Below the pieces are notes generated by a model. It was not told the DNA's origin. It did not search any database and saw only the letters and a program-made list of their open reading frames with translations. Below are positions 7,007 through 15,519 of a stretch of DNA of 20,000 nucleotides, one piece after another. The stretch spans positions 58,454-78,453 of the forward strand of contig CAXGAI010000020.1 in NCBI GenBank assembly GCA_964007735.1, written 5' to 3'. Within the stretch, counting starts at the first letter, position 1. Each line of letters opens with the position of its first letter. The stretch comes from an uncultured Rhodopirellula sp. (lineage in GTDB: Bacteria; Planctomycetota; Planctomycetia; Pirellulales; Pirellulaceae). The translations under genes and the position numbers were made by a program.

Positions 7007-8245
7007 TTATGGAGACAGCAAAGCCTCTGCCTGGGCTGTGACGTTAACGGCGGTACTGAGGGCTTTTCCAGCCTTGATTTCCAGGAGTTCTTGTTCCTCG
7101 GTTATGATTGTGAGGTAACGTTGGTTTACCGCGTGTATTCGGCCTTTAACCGTCCCGATCTCAATTTTAGCGCCCACCGGGAGTTTAACAATTTGGCCCT
7201 GATCCCGGCGGTGTATCCATACTTCAACTCGATCGTTAATCTGGACGGTGCTTGTAAAGAAAGCCAACTGAGCAACATTGAAAACAGGAGGTTTGGGTGG
7301 CTCAGGCCTCACGGTTGGAGGTCTTGGTTTCGGTTTTTCGCTAATGGTTACAGCGACCGTTTTGGTGATGGTCTTGGCCGGTAGACCCGTATCGGTGACA
7401 TGGATATTGAATTGGTAGCGTCCGATTTCATTGCTTGAGACAGTAAGTCGATTTCCGGTGATCGACGCTTTCACATCGGCGGGGATCGATTCGGTATCGA
7501 GAGAATAGCTCACATTTTGCAGGTTCTGTTCGTTAGCACCGGCACTTGCAGTCAGCGTGCGGGATTCGGTCTCGCCAACGGTTGCCGCAATGGGCGGCGG
7601 GGTGAACGTTGGGGCTTTGTTTTCCGGCCCGAAGAAATTACGGTTGGAAATTCGTTCCCAGTAGTCTTCGTAGCTACCATCCACCAGTGATTCATCGTGA
7701 GCGATGGAGGCGATATCCACGTGCTGCTCTGCCTCAGGTAACGAGATGGCTTCAATAATGATGCGGATTTGCAACTGGTCGTAGCCAGTTGGACTCACGG
7801 CTAGATCTTTAATGCGGTGCAATAGCTTTTTAGTTTCGAAGCGATATAGAAAATCCGTTAATGTCTTAAGATCTGATTCGCAATTGATACCAAAGGTGTG
7901 GCGATGGTACTTCCCGTCGATTTCGCGCGTCGGTTCATTGGTGATTCGGACGTCTTCTAGCCCCAGTTCGGTTTCGAGAAGGTTAATGAGCCACGCTTTG
8001 TAGGATGCTAAGGCGTGGTTGTGATCTTTCCCTAAGGACATTTTTTCGTAGTCGTCGACGGTGAGTTCATATATTTCCGCGGCCATTTGGTTGGCTTCGT
8101 AAGATTGCCGATCCTGCTCCGCCATGCTTAAGTCGCTTTTGAGGTCATTGATATAGCTCAAATAACTTCTAGTGCCGGTCAATAAGCCACCGAGCACGAC
8201 GGCTACAAGCGCAAATAGTAGTAGTTTCTTTTCGCGATCGTTCAT
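7007..8245 (-). CDS. Composite inner-membrane platform protein: GspM/PilO-like domain + cadherin/Ig-like domain + GspC-HR/PilP-like domain
   Basis: MNDREKKLL + single TM + coiled coil + ferredoxin-like segment (…DLKTLTDFLYRFE…LHRIKDLAV…IEAISL), typical of GspM/PilO. aa ~209-303 (NKAPTF…VSYSL…GRYQFNIHVTDTGLP..T.TV.VTI) look cadherin-like. A Pro-rich linker precedes a small beta domain (aa ~325-396; EVWI…KLPVG..I.IG….I..V….L) like GspC-HR/PilP. It occupies the gspM position after gspL. Confidence 0.7.
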   Translation of the reverse strand: MNDREKKLLLFALVAVVLGGLLTGTRSYLSYINDLKSDLSMAEQDRQSYEANQMAAEIYELTVDDYEKMSLGKDHNHALASYKAWLINLLETELGLEDVRITNEPTREIDGKYHRHTFGINCESDLKTLTDFLYRFETKKLLHRIKDLAVSPTGYDQLQIRIIIEAISLPEAEQHVDIASIAHDESLVDGSYEDYWERISNRNFFGPENKAPTFTPPPIAATVGETESRTLTASAGANEQNLQNVSYSLDTESIPADVKASITGNRLTVSSNEIGRYQFNIHVTDTGLPAKTITKTVAVTISEKPKPRPPTVRPEPPKPPVFNVAQLAFFTSTVQINDRVEVWIHRRDQGQIVKLPVGAKIEIGTVKGRIHAVNQRYLTIITEEQELLEIKAGKALSTAVNVTAQAEALLSP

Positions 8246-8248
8246 TGC

Positions 8249-9865
8249 TTATTCTCCGTCCTTGTCATTTGGCGTACTCGTTGCTTCGTCATCGGTCTCG
8301 CCTATTTCCTCGGAACCGTTCGGGTTAGTGGAGTCGTCGTTGGCCACGGATTCAGCAGAATCCGCTTCGGTGGTTTTAGTGTTGCTGGAGTTTTCACCAG
8401 CCTCTTGTTCGATGGGCGGGAGGATCGTAATGGTTTGCTGAGTTCTTCGAGTATAAAGGCCGTCTTCTGTTGTATCGGGGGTAAGTCCTTTTGATTGGAC
8501 ACGATGCGTCCCGCCAGCGAGTGTCGTTGACAGTTGTTCAAACACGCTCGAGTTTTTGAGGTGCATGTCCAGGAAAATACTGCCTAAAGGCGAATCCACC
8601 GTACGGTTTCGGGTGTTATCAGAGCGTCCCGAAAATGCATCGATAATGACATCGTTTGGATTGGGGGGGAGGGTGTCAGATAAAAGTGCCAACTCATCCA
8701 GCCAATTCACGGCGGATGCCTCATATGCCTGAATCGCTTTTAGTTGGGAGTCGGCTTGATCGAGCCTTTTTTGCAAAACGGTTGTTACGTCAACGGGTGG
8801 GCGTTGGCTTGAAATGTCTCGCTGATAATTGAATATTGGAACCCATAGGCCGATGATCAGTACCAGCAGGGCTAAGGTGGCATAAACACCAACTCTGACG
8901 GCCTTGTCGCGGGATTCAGTTTGTTTGGGAGGTTGGGTAGGGTTAAGGAAGTCGATCGGCGGAATGCCACCGGCGGTCAATTGTTCAGCCAGGCCGATAA
9001 GGCCGAGGAAGGCCGAGGAGTTCTCTGGCTTGTTGTTTTTGACGGAGGCATCGAGACTAGCAAATTCTAGCGGATCAAACACACGGACCGGTTCACTTAC
9101 AAGGGATTGCACGGTTTCCAATAATGAACTCTGAACATTCCCTGTCCCTGCAATTACAATTTCGGTGATGTCGGAACCGTTAGGTTGATTCTCATATGAG
9201 GTGAGCGTGCGTTTAACTTCGGAAGCGATGTAATTGACGTCCGGCGCGTCAGGCACCAAACGAATGGTACGCACGAGGTGGGCGACACCGTCGCGGGCGA
9301 TGGTCAATTCCGCTTCGATTCCCAGTAAGTCGATAATCAGTCTGGAACCGTTGGCTGGTAGGTGTTTGTTTACGTAGGAGGCAGTGCCAAAGGGATGTAG
9401 CGTCAGATTGCTGATCGTCACGCCTGCAACCGCCGCCGAACTGATGGTATCGACTTGCATCTCGTTACTCAGGGCCGCGGCGGCAATATAACGTTGGCCG
9501 TCCTGAAGTTCTCCGATAGGTGTAAAGTCAAGCAGTCCTTCTGTTCCCGCATTGAAGACCTGGGGGGCCTGAATACGAACCATGTCGGGTAGATCATGGT
9601 CAGGGACATTCGGGAATGTGAGCATTCTTACTTCAGCCTGTGATCGCCGAGCCGAGAATGCTGTGGCTTGGCCACGGCTTGCTCCGGCACTTTCCAATGC
9701 CGCCGAAATCGTATTTTCAAGTATCGTGCCAGGTGTTGTGTCCTTATTCGGAGCCTCTAGCGGTTTTTCAACTAGGGCGTGAATTGCAATGTCTGAGCCT
9801 TTGGCGGACGCAGAGATCGCTCGGACTGACTGATCATCCCACTCATATGCGATGAATTTAGCCAT
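8249..9865 (-). CDS. gspL: GspL-like protein (PilM-like cytoplasmic actin fold + TM + PilN-like periplasmic domain)
   Basis: Degenerate PilM motifs (IAYEWDDQSVR, VRMLTFP…L.DMVR.QA, LIIDL, HLVRTI, IASEVKRTL, IVIAGTG). PilN-type IDFLNP motif before a TM (VGVYATLALLVLIIGLW), then coiled coil and W…L..LS..LP…V.I. Follows gspK. Confidence 0.8.
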   Translation of the reverse strand: MAKFIAYEWDDQSVRAISASAKGSDIAIHALVEKPLEAPNKDTTPGTILENTISAALESAGASRGQATAFSARRSQAEVRMLTFPNVPDHDLPDMVRIQAPQVFNAGTEGLLDFTPIGELQDGQRYIAAAALSNEMQVDTISSAAVAGVTISNLTLHPFGTASYVNKHLPANGSRLIIDLLGIEAELTIARDGVAHLVRTIRLVPDAPDVNYIASEVKRTLTSYENQPNGSDITEIVIAGTGNVQSSLLETVQSLVSEPVRVFDPLEFASLDASVKNNKPENSSAFLGLIGLAEQLTAGGIPPIDFLNPTQPPKQTESRDKAVRVGVYATLALLVLIIGLWVPIFNYQRDISSQRPPVDVTTVLQKRLDQADSQLKAIQAYEASAVNWLDELALLSDTLPPNPNDVIIDAFSGRSDNTRNRTVDSPLGSIFLDMHLKNSSVFEQLSTTLAGGTHRVQSKGLTPDTTEDGLYTRRTQQTITILPPIEQEAGENSSNTKTTEADSAESVANDDSTNPNGSEEIGETDDEATSTPNDKDGE

Positions 9866-9887
9866 GATGTTTTCCTTTTAGGGAAGG

Positions 9888-11537
9888 TTATTGAACGGAT
9901 GGTAAGGCTGTTTGGCTCCCACCAGCGTAGTGTAAGCCTAGCACGTCTAGGGGATATCCACGGCCTAAATGGCTTAAGTCACGCCACAAACGTATGCGAG
10001 GTGTGACGGTTGTAGCGTCTATGACGACTTCGCCTCGTGCAGAGGCTGTTCCACCTTCGTAGTAGCCAATAATCTGTGCTCGGAATACACTACCACCTCC
10101 ACAAATGAATGGTTGCAGGGCTTTCATGTTTTCCAGCGTAAAGGGAGTTCCACCAAGTAGGAAATTGATACCAGACTGTTTCAGCAACCACGTTTCATGG
10201 CGGTAGTAGTTCTGTTGGTCTTGGTATGGATCGATGGACCTGGTTTGGATAATGAAATCAATCATCTCATCACTGAGTCCGGGGACGCCCTGAAGTAGCA
10301 GGCGGGGGGCCTGGTTGATATTTAGTCTTCCTGGAATGGTTGGATTTGAACTTGTGGATGCATTGTCCATCAATAGATCGATGGTGTTCGCCAGGCTGAT
10401 GTCGAGCGGATAGGCAGGAAGGATGTCGATGGGGTCTTCGTCGACAAGGTCCGATTCATACAATAGGCGTTTGCCGACGAGGTCTAAAACCTGAGTGAAC
10501 TCCCTTTCCGATTCTCTCAGAAAGTCAATTTCCACAGCAGAAGCAGGCTGTGGAATCCCATCGGTTTGGGGCTCGTCAACTAATTCATAGCCCTGTCGAT
10601 ACAGGATAATGAAGTTGGCTACGGCCGGGTCGAATACCGCGGACAGATCCTGATGAAGCGTTTGGAGGTCTGCAGAATTGATGTCGATGCGTGGTTCGCC
10701 GTTGATGTTAAGATTATTCTCCTGGCTGTGCAGAGTGAGGTAAGCACTCCAGCCGCGGTCAAGCGATCCAGCGTTTAAGACTTCGTCACCGGCGGATGTA
10801 TTCGCCATAGAAACAAGTTCCTGAACTCGTTGTCGTGCCGGTTCTTCGTGGGAGTCAATCATTCCATTGCGATTGATGTCAGCACCGAAAAGCAGTTCAG
10901 GCATCACGCCACGCACTAGCAGTAGCTCTTCGACGGTGTTGAATGGGCCGTTGTTAGGTTCGTAAGGAGAGCCGAGTGATTGATAGTAGTCAAACTCGGC
11001 CCCAAATTCCCGAGTTTCGTCGTCTTCGTCGATCCAGTCCATAATGGCATCCGCAGTGTCGACAGTCATGCCGGGTAAAGCCATCAGCATTTCTCTGCCA
11101 CCATCAGTTGCGTATTTGTCAGCGATCGTAAGTGTATTTAAATTGAGCCGTGAAGATTCGTCTTCGAGGCCGAAGCGAAAACCCGCGGTGTATCCATCGC
11201 TGTCGAGATTCGGGGCAATCATGGTGAAGTTGCCAGTCAGGTTCGGGTCTGGATCGGCGATCACGTTAACGGCCTGGAAAACAGTGGGATTGTCAAAGTC
11301 CCCGCCTGCCGACATTCGTTGTGCATGTGGTTGAAGTAAGTGGACTCGTGCCACGTCGATGCCTGCGTCAACCAGCCATTTGGCCTGGATGTTTTGCGAC
11401 GAAAGCGTCGCGGTTTCATTGTGAGTGAACATCAGTTCGGAAAACGTGTAGGCTCCGAGCGATACGATCATCACCACAACTAAAACAATCATTAAAGCTG
11501 AGCCGCGTAGCCCGCGGATGGCATGTTGTTTGCTCAT
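9888..11537 (-). CDS. gspK: Minor pseudopilin GspK (long form)
   Basis: Prepilin leader RG/SALMIVLVVV lacking Glu+5, as is diagnostic for GspK. Motifs QAKWLVDAGI, LEDESSRLNLN, ADAIMDWIDED, NGPFNTVEELLLVRG, RLNINQAP..LL...PG. Confidence 0.92.
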   Translation of the reverse strand: MSKQHAIRGLRGSALMIVLVVVMIVSLGAYTFSELMFTHNETATLSSQNIQAKWLVDAGIDVARVHLLQPHAQRMSAGGDFDNPTVFQAVNVIADPDPNLTGNFTMIAPNLDSDGYTAGFRFGLEDESSRLNLNTLTIADKYATDGGREMLMALPGMTVDTADAIMDWIDEDDETREFGAEFDYYQSLGSPYEPNNGPFNTVEELLLVRGVMPELLFGADINRNGMIDSHEEPARQRVQELVSMANTSAGDEVLNAGSLDRGWSAYLTLHSQENNLNINGEPRIDINSADLQTLHQDLSAVFDPAVANFIILYRQGYELVDEPQTDGIPQPASAVEIDFLRESEREFTQVLDLVGKRLLYESDLVDEDPIDILPAYPLDISLANTIDLLMDNASTSSNPTIPGRLNINQAPRLLLQGVPGLSDEMIDFIIQTRSIDPYQDQQNYYRHETWLLKQSGINFLLGGTPFTLENMKALQPFICGGGSVFRAQIIGYYEGGTASARGEVVIDATTVTPRIRLWRDLSHLGRGYPLDVLGLHYAGGSQTALPSVQ

Positions 11538-12511
11538 AGTCCGAGATTCTGCAATCCTCCGTCGTCTTGTTCGAGAGGTCGAATCTTTCCGACCGGCAGC
11601 TTGACGACCTTTTGGTAGGTCACCGCCATACGCCCTTCGGCATCGGTGGTGGTCCCATAAAAAGCGTCGAGCACGCCACCACTAGCGTAGGGTGAATTTG
11701 AACGCATTGTCATGCGAATCTTGACGGCTAAAGGAAGGCCTTCGAATTCTTCACTGTCCCAGTATTGCAACCACTGGTATCCGTCGTAGTACTGGAACTC
11801 CAACGCGATTACCTCAGGGGCCAGCATTTTATCGGCACCCTGAACCGCTTGAGAATTCCCGTTGTTCATTGCATAGGACGTGATGGCACGACTTAGTTGA
11901 CCTCGAATAAGGCCCGGTATCGTCGGGTCGTCATTAAAGACGTCTTGCGCCGAACCGGTTGTTTCTACATTCAAGGTGCGGCAATAATAGGAAATCAATT
12001 TGACATCAGATGGAATGTCCTGCAGGACACCGATTTCAGTGGGGTCATACAGTGCGCGATATTCTTCCTGACGTGGTATTCGGCTTATGTCAACTCGAAG
12101 CGTTTGCTGGTCTCCGTACATTCCGAGGTTCGTAGGAAAGCTGGTTTGGAAATCGTAGGAAGCGGTAGAGGAATCACTCGATGACATTAGTGAGTCTGCC
12201 GCACCCAGAAGGTCTTCCATCCCCAGACCGGCACCAGCTGCGATTCCCAACGCACCCTGAATGTCGATATCCCCCAACGCAGCTTCTACGTCAACACCGT
12301 TATACTGGACCGCACTCTTGATATCTTGGGACATGCGTGATAGCAATGCACGTGCGAGCTGGACCTCTTCAACATTGTCTCTTTGTTTCTCTAGTACATG
12401 GAAGTGGTTGCCAATCATTTGTGTGATCATGGCAAAAAGCAGACCGGAAAGAGCCAGAGATATAATTAGTTCAAGGAGCGTTACACCTTGCTGGGAGTGG
12501 AAGCGTCTCAT
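11534..12511 (-). CDS. gspJ: Minor pseudopilin GspJ
   Basis: QQG/VTLLELIISLAL N-methylation motif; LARALL.RM.QDIKSA; C-terminal V..LEFQYYDG..W...WDS….LPLAVKI. ATGA overlaps with both neighbours. Confidence 0.9.
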   Translation of the reverse strand: MRRFHSQQGVTLLELIISLALSGLLFAMITQMIGNHFHVLEKQRDNVEEVQLARALLSRMSQDIKSAVQYNGVDVEAALGDIDIQGALGIAAGAGLGMEDLLGAADSLMSSSDSSTASYDFQTSFPTNLGMYGDQQTLRVDISRIPRQEEYRALYDPTEIGVLQDIPSDVKLISYYCRTLNVETTGSAQDVFNDDPTIPGLIRGQLSRAITSYAMNNGNSQAVQGADKMLAPEVIALEFQYYDGYQWLQYWDSEEFEGLPLAVKIRMTMRSNSPYASGGVLDAFYGTTTDAEGRMAVTYQKVVKLPVGKIRPLEQDDGGLQNLGL

Positions 12512-12969
12512 TGGGTGGCCTCCATTTGCATAATCATTTCATGAACGGTGAGGTCGGCATCCTGCTGCATTTCAATTTGCGGGTCAATCATTAAAGTGTC
12601 GAGCTGGTAAATAAGTGGCAGGCTTCCGTCTTCCGGGGTGTATTCAACTACAACGCGAATTGCCATGAGCTGTCCATCGACTCCCATGGCTTGAGATTGA
12701 ACCTCAAAGGTAAATGGCTCGATGGTCTCTTCCTGAGTAAATGGCATCTTGCCGGTGCTATTAGGTGATAGTAGACCGGTTTTGACCTCTGCAAGCTTGG
12801 ACTCGGCAAGAAATTGAGCCGTGGTAAGCACCTGGGCTTCGCGTGCATTTCGTGCTCCGATGCTGACGAGGCCGTTGATCGCCACCATAGAAAGCCCCAA
12901 AATGGTTATCGATACAAGGATTTCCATGAGGGTGAAACCAGAGCTGTGCTGGCGAGACGGGTAACGCAT
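12508..12969 (-). CDS. gspI: Minor pseudopilin GspI
   Basis: SSG/FTLMEILVSITIL; A..LAESKLAEV; ~150 aa; lies between gspH and gspJ. Confidence 0.85.
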   Translation of the reverse strand: MRYPSRQHSSGFTLMEILVSITILGLSMVAINGLVSIGARNAREAQVLTTAQFLAESKLAEVKTGLLSPNSTGKMPFTQEETIEPFTFEVQSQAMGVDGQLMAIRVVVEYTPEDGSLPLIYQLDTLMIDPQIEMQQDADLTVHEMIMQMEATQ

Positions 12970-13709
12970 TACGGATTCCCCTGTCGCTGCAGATCTAGTT
13001 GTTGAATTTCACTCGCGCTTGCGATCTCGGTTACGTAGGCAATTCCTGTTAACCCGCGAAGACGAACCATAATAAACCCTCTTCCATCGGAAGAACCAAG
13101 CCTTATCTCGGTCTGGCTCGTACTCCCGTCTGGGTAGAAGAGAATCGGGTCTGACCACAAACCCTGAATACCATCCGTCATGCTAGTCTGCCCTGCGGCG
13201 GTGGTGAGGTCGTTTAGTTGAGCATCACCAAGAATGGCGGATCGCGCGTCAAAGTCCACAATTGAACCTACAAAATTAATATCTTTCTGTAGCTTGTGAG
13301 GGTAGCCGAGTAGCTTTTTGACGGTGCGGTATTCGCTTTCAGCAAAAGCTTCGCTGTTTGGCACGCCCATGACATTAACAAGTGGTTGACTCTCGATGGT
13401 TGTTCCGGTCTCCAGAAATTCTTCTCCGGTGGTCCAGGGTTCGATAATATATTGATTGCCTTGGAGTTCATAACGGAGAGATAGGGTTGTACCGCTTCGC
13501 ATCGCCTGATTACGTGCCCGCGCAAGGTGGATTCTTACCTGGTCACCACTTCGCAATAGGGATTCCATGCCGGTCATGCCGCTGATAGCGGGATAAGCGA
13601 TAGCCCCCAGCACAATTACTACGACCATCACAACCAGAATTTCAAAAAGTGTAAAAGCTCCCTGCTGTTTTTTAGTAACAGGAGGCAGTTTACACTTTGT
13701 TGATTGCAT
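12969..13709 (-). CDS. gspH: Minor pseudopilin GspH/FimT-like
   Basis: GA/FTLFEILVVMVVV…IAYP; L.RARNQAM.SG; ILFYPDGSTS; V.L.GLTG. These are GspH/FimT hallmarks. TAATG 1-bp overlap with gspI. Confidence 0.88.
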   Translation of the reverse strand: MQSTKCKLPPVTKKQQGAFTLFEILVVMVVVIVLGAIAYPAISGMTGMESLLRSGDQVRIHLARARNQAMRSGTTLSLRYELQGNQYIIEPWTTGEEFLETGTTIESQPLVNVMGVPNSEAFAESEYRTVKKLLGYPHKLQKDINFVGSIVDFDARSAILGDAQLNDLTTAAGQTSMTDGIQGLWSDPILFYPDGSTSQTEIRLGSSDGRGFIMVRLRGLTGIAYVTEIASASEIQQLDLQRQGNP

Positions 13710-13765
13710 GGTTTGTTACCCCATTATTGGCAAAAACACAGGTAACAGCAGGCTGTTGGAAATGC

Positions 13766-14203
13766 TTACTGACTGACGATATGCGTTATGTCGTCTTCAG
13801 TGTCTGCAGCGCCGTCTTCGCCTGTGCTGATAATCTTAAATCCGGCTCCGTCGGCGGTGTACTGGTAAGGACGACTCCATGGGTCTGCAGGGATTTCCGT
13901 AGCCTTAAGGTAGGGACCGCGCCACTTCCCTGACGGCGCATTGGCGGGCTCGTTGATGAGCCCTTCAAGTCCGACGTCCGTCGATGGGTAGCTGCCAACC
14001 CCAAGTTTGTATAACTCAAGAGGTTGCTCAAAGTTTTGCATTTGGATTTTAGCTGAATCTGCCTTGCTTTGAGAGAGAACACCGGAAAAGTTGGTGACTA
14101 CGATCGTACCGAGGATAACTAGGATTGCCATCACGATAAGTACTTCCATCAAAGTAAAGCCTTTGCGATGACGATTACTATTTGGAAATCGTTTCTTTTG
14201 CAT
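13766..14203 (-). CDS. gspG: Major pseudopilin GspG
   Basis: RKG/FTLMEVLIVMAIL; LELYKL.VGSYPST..GLE.L; W.GPYL….P.DPW.RPYQY; S.G.DG…TEDDI calcium loop. Confidence 0.97.
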   Translation of the reverse strand: MQKKRFPNSNRHRKGFTLMEVLIVMAILVILGTIVVTNFSGVLSQSKADSAKIQMQNFEQPLELYKLGVGSYPSTDVGLEGLINEPANAPSGKWRGPYLKATEIPADPWSRPYQYTADGAGFKIISTGEDGAADTEDDITHIVSQ

Positions 14204-14260
14204 AGTTCTGTAAATCCCTTTATTTGTTGTTCCGTTTGAGGGGAGTCTGTTAATTGGTTA

Positions 14261-14289
14261 TTAAACACCGATTGATGTTTGGAGTTGCG
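14261..14289 (-). promoter_or_regulatory. Candidate ECF-sigma-type internal promoter for gspG
   Basis: Minus strand CGCAAC-N14-GGTGTTTAA in the 98-bp gspF-gspG gap, ending 57 nt before the gspG ATG. Same spacing as the motif at 989-1017. Confidence 0.45.
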
Positions 14290-14301
14290 TTAAATTCTAA
14301 A

Positions 14302-15507
14302 CTAAATTGCACTGCTCATCTTGATCACTGGCATCAATAAAGCAATGACGACCACTAAAACTGCGCCGGCCATCACTAATAACATGATTGGTTCGAGCAG
14401 TCGAACGGCTAGTGATAATTGGCGTGCGGTTCGTTTTTCGAGATTGTCTGCGATTTCGATCAAAACTCTGTCTAGCGTATTGGATTCTTCGGCTACGGAA
14501 ATCATTTCTACAACGGTTCCAGGGAAATAGCCGCTTTGTGCCAAGGGCTTAGAAAGTGATTCGCCGCTGGTAATGTTTTCGGTGGCGTCATCGATAGCAC
14601 CAGAGATAACCCTGTTGCCGGCAGCTAAGCTGCTGATTTCGAGCGATTTTAATATCGGGACTCCATTTTGGAGTAGCGTTCCAAGAACTCGACAAAACCG
14701 GGCAACGGCGAATGCCAGAAACACTTTGCCTACCAGGGGAAGGCGTATCTTGATGAGGTCACGGGACTTACGGCCGGCTTCTGTCTTAAAGTAGTTGTTA
14801 ATGACTAACAGGCCGACAAGGATAACGATAGCGAAAACAACTGCCCAGACTGTACGCAGGCTTTCACTAAAAGCGAGGAGCCAGTCAGTCACCGCCGGTA
14901 GTTCGCCTCGTTCACGCAGATTGTCAAACATATCGCCAAATTTGGGTACGAAGAAGATGACCAGGCCGGCGACAAGAATAGAACCCACGGTCCCGAGAAA
15001 AACGGGATACGCAAGCTGGCCGATCGTTTCACCTTTAAGATCCTCCTGCTGCTCGGTGAATTTTGCGACGCGATCTAATGCGTCTTCCAGGAATCCACCT
15101 TCGGCGCCGGCACGCGACATGTTGATACATACTTCGCTGAAGACTTTGGGGTATTGTGCCATAGCATCGGCAATATTGATCCCTTCTTCAACCTGACTGT
15201 AGACCTCTCCGAGGACAAAAGAGAGCGTGTCATTTGTGGCCTGTTTCTGCAAAACCTTGATACTGCGAAGGAGCGGTACCCCGCTTCTTAAAAGGGAGGC
15301 AAGCTGGCCGTAGACCTGTGCCATAACCTGACCCTTAACACGCTTATTACTTTTGCGAACGGTCGACTTGATATCGGTAGAGATTTCAAGCGGAAATAAT
15401 GAGTTGCCGGCGAGTAGGCGCACCGCTTCTCGTTCGGTGGCGGCGGCAATTTGACCGACTACCTTTTTGCCGGCGGTATCTCGTGCGGTGTATTGAAAAT
15501 CTGGCAT
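14302..15507 (-). CDS. gspF: T2SS inner-membrane platform protein GspF/PilC
   Basis: MPDFQYTARD..G…G.I.A; QLASLLRSGVPLL; GAEGG.L…L.RVA; LAYP; ARFCRVLGTLL.NGVPIL; EES..LD..L..IA; LLEP. Confidence 0.97.
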   Translation of the reverse strand: MPDFQYTARDTAGKKVVGQIAAATEREAVRLLAGNSLFPLEISTDIKSTVRKSNKRVKGQVMAQVYGQLASLLRSGVPLLRSIKVLQKQATNDTLSFVLGEVYSQVEEGINIADAMAQYPKVFSEVCINMSRAGAEGGFLEDALDRVAKFTEQQEDLKGETIGQLAYPVFLGTVGSILVAGLVIFFVPKFGDMFDNLRERGELPAVTDWLLAFSESLRTVWAVVFAIVILVGLLVINNYFKTEAGRKSRDLIKIRLPLVGKVFLAFAVARFCRVLGTLLQNGVPILKSLEISSLAAGNRVISGAIDDATENITSGESLSKPLAQSGYFPGTVVEMISVAEESNTLDRVLIEIADNLEKRTARQLSLAVRLLEPIMLLVMAGAVLVVVIALLMPVIKMSSAI

Positions 15508-15519
15508 CCTGAAGTGGCT

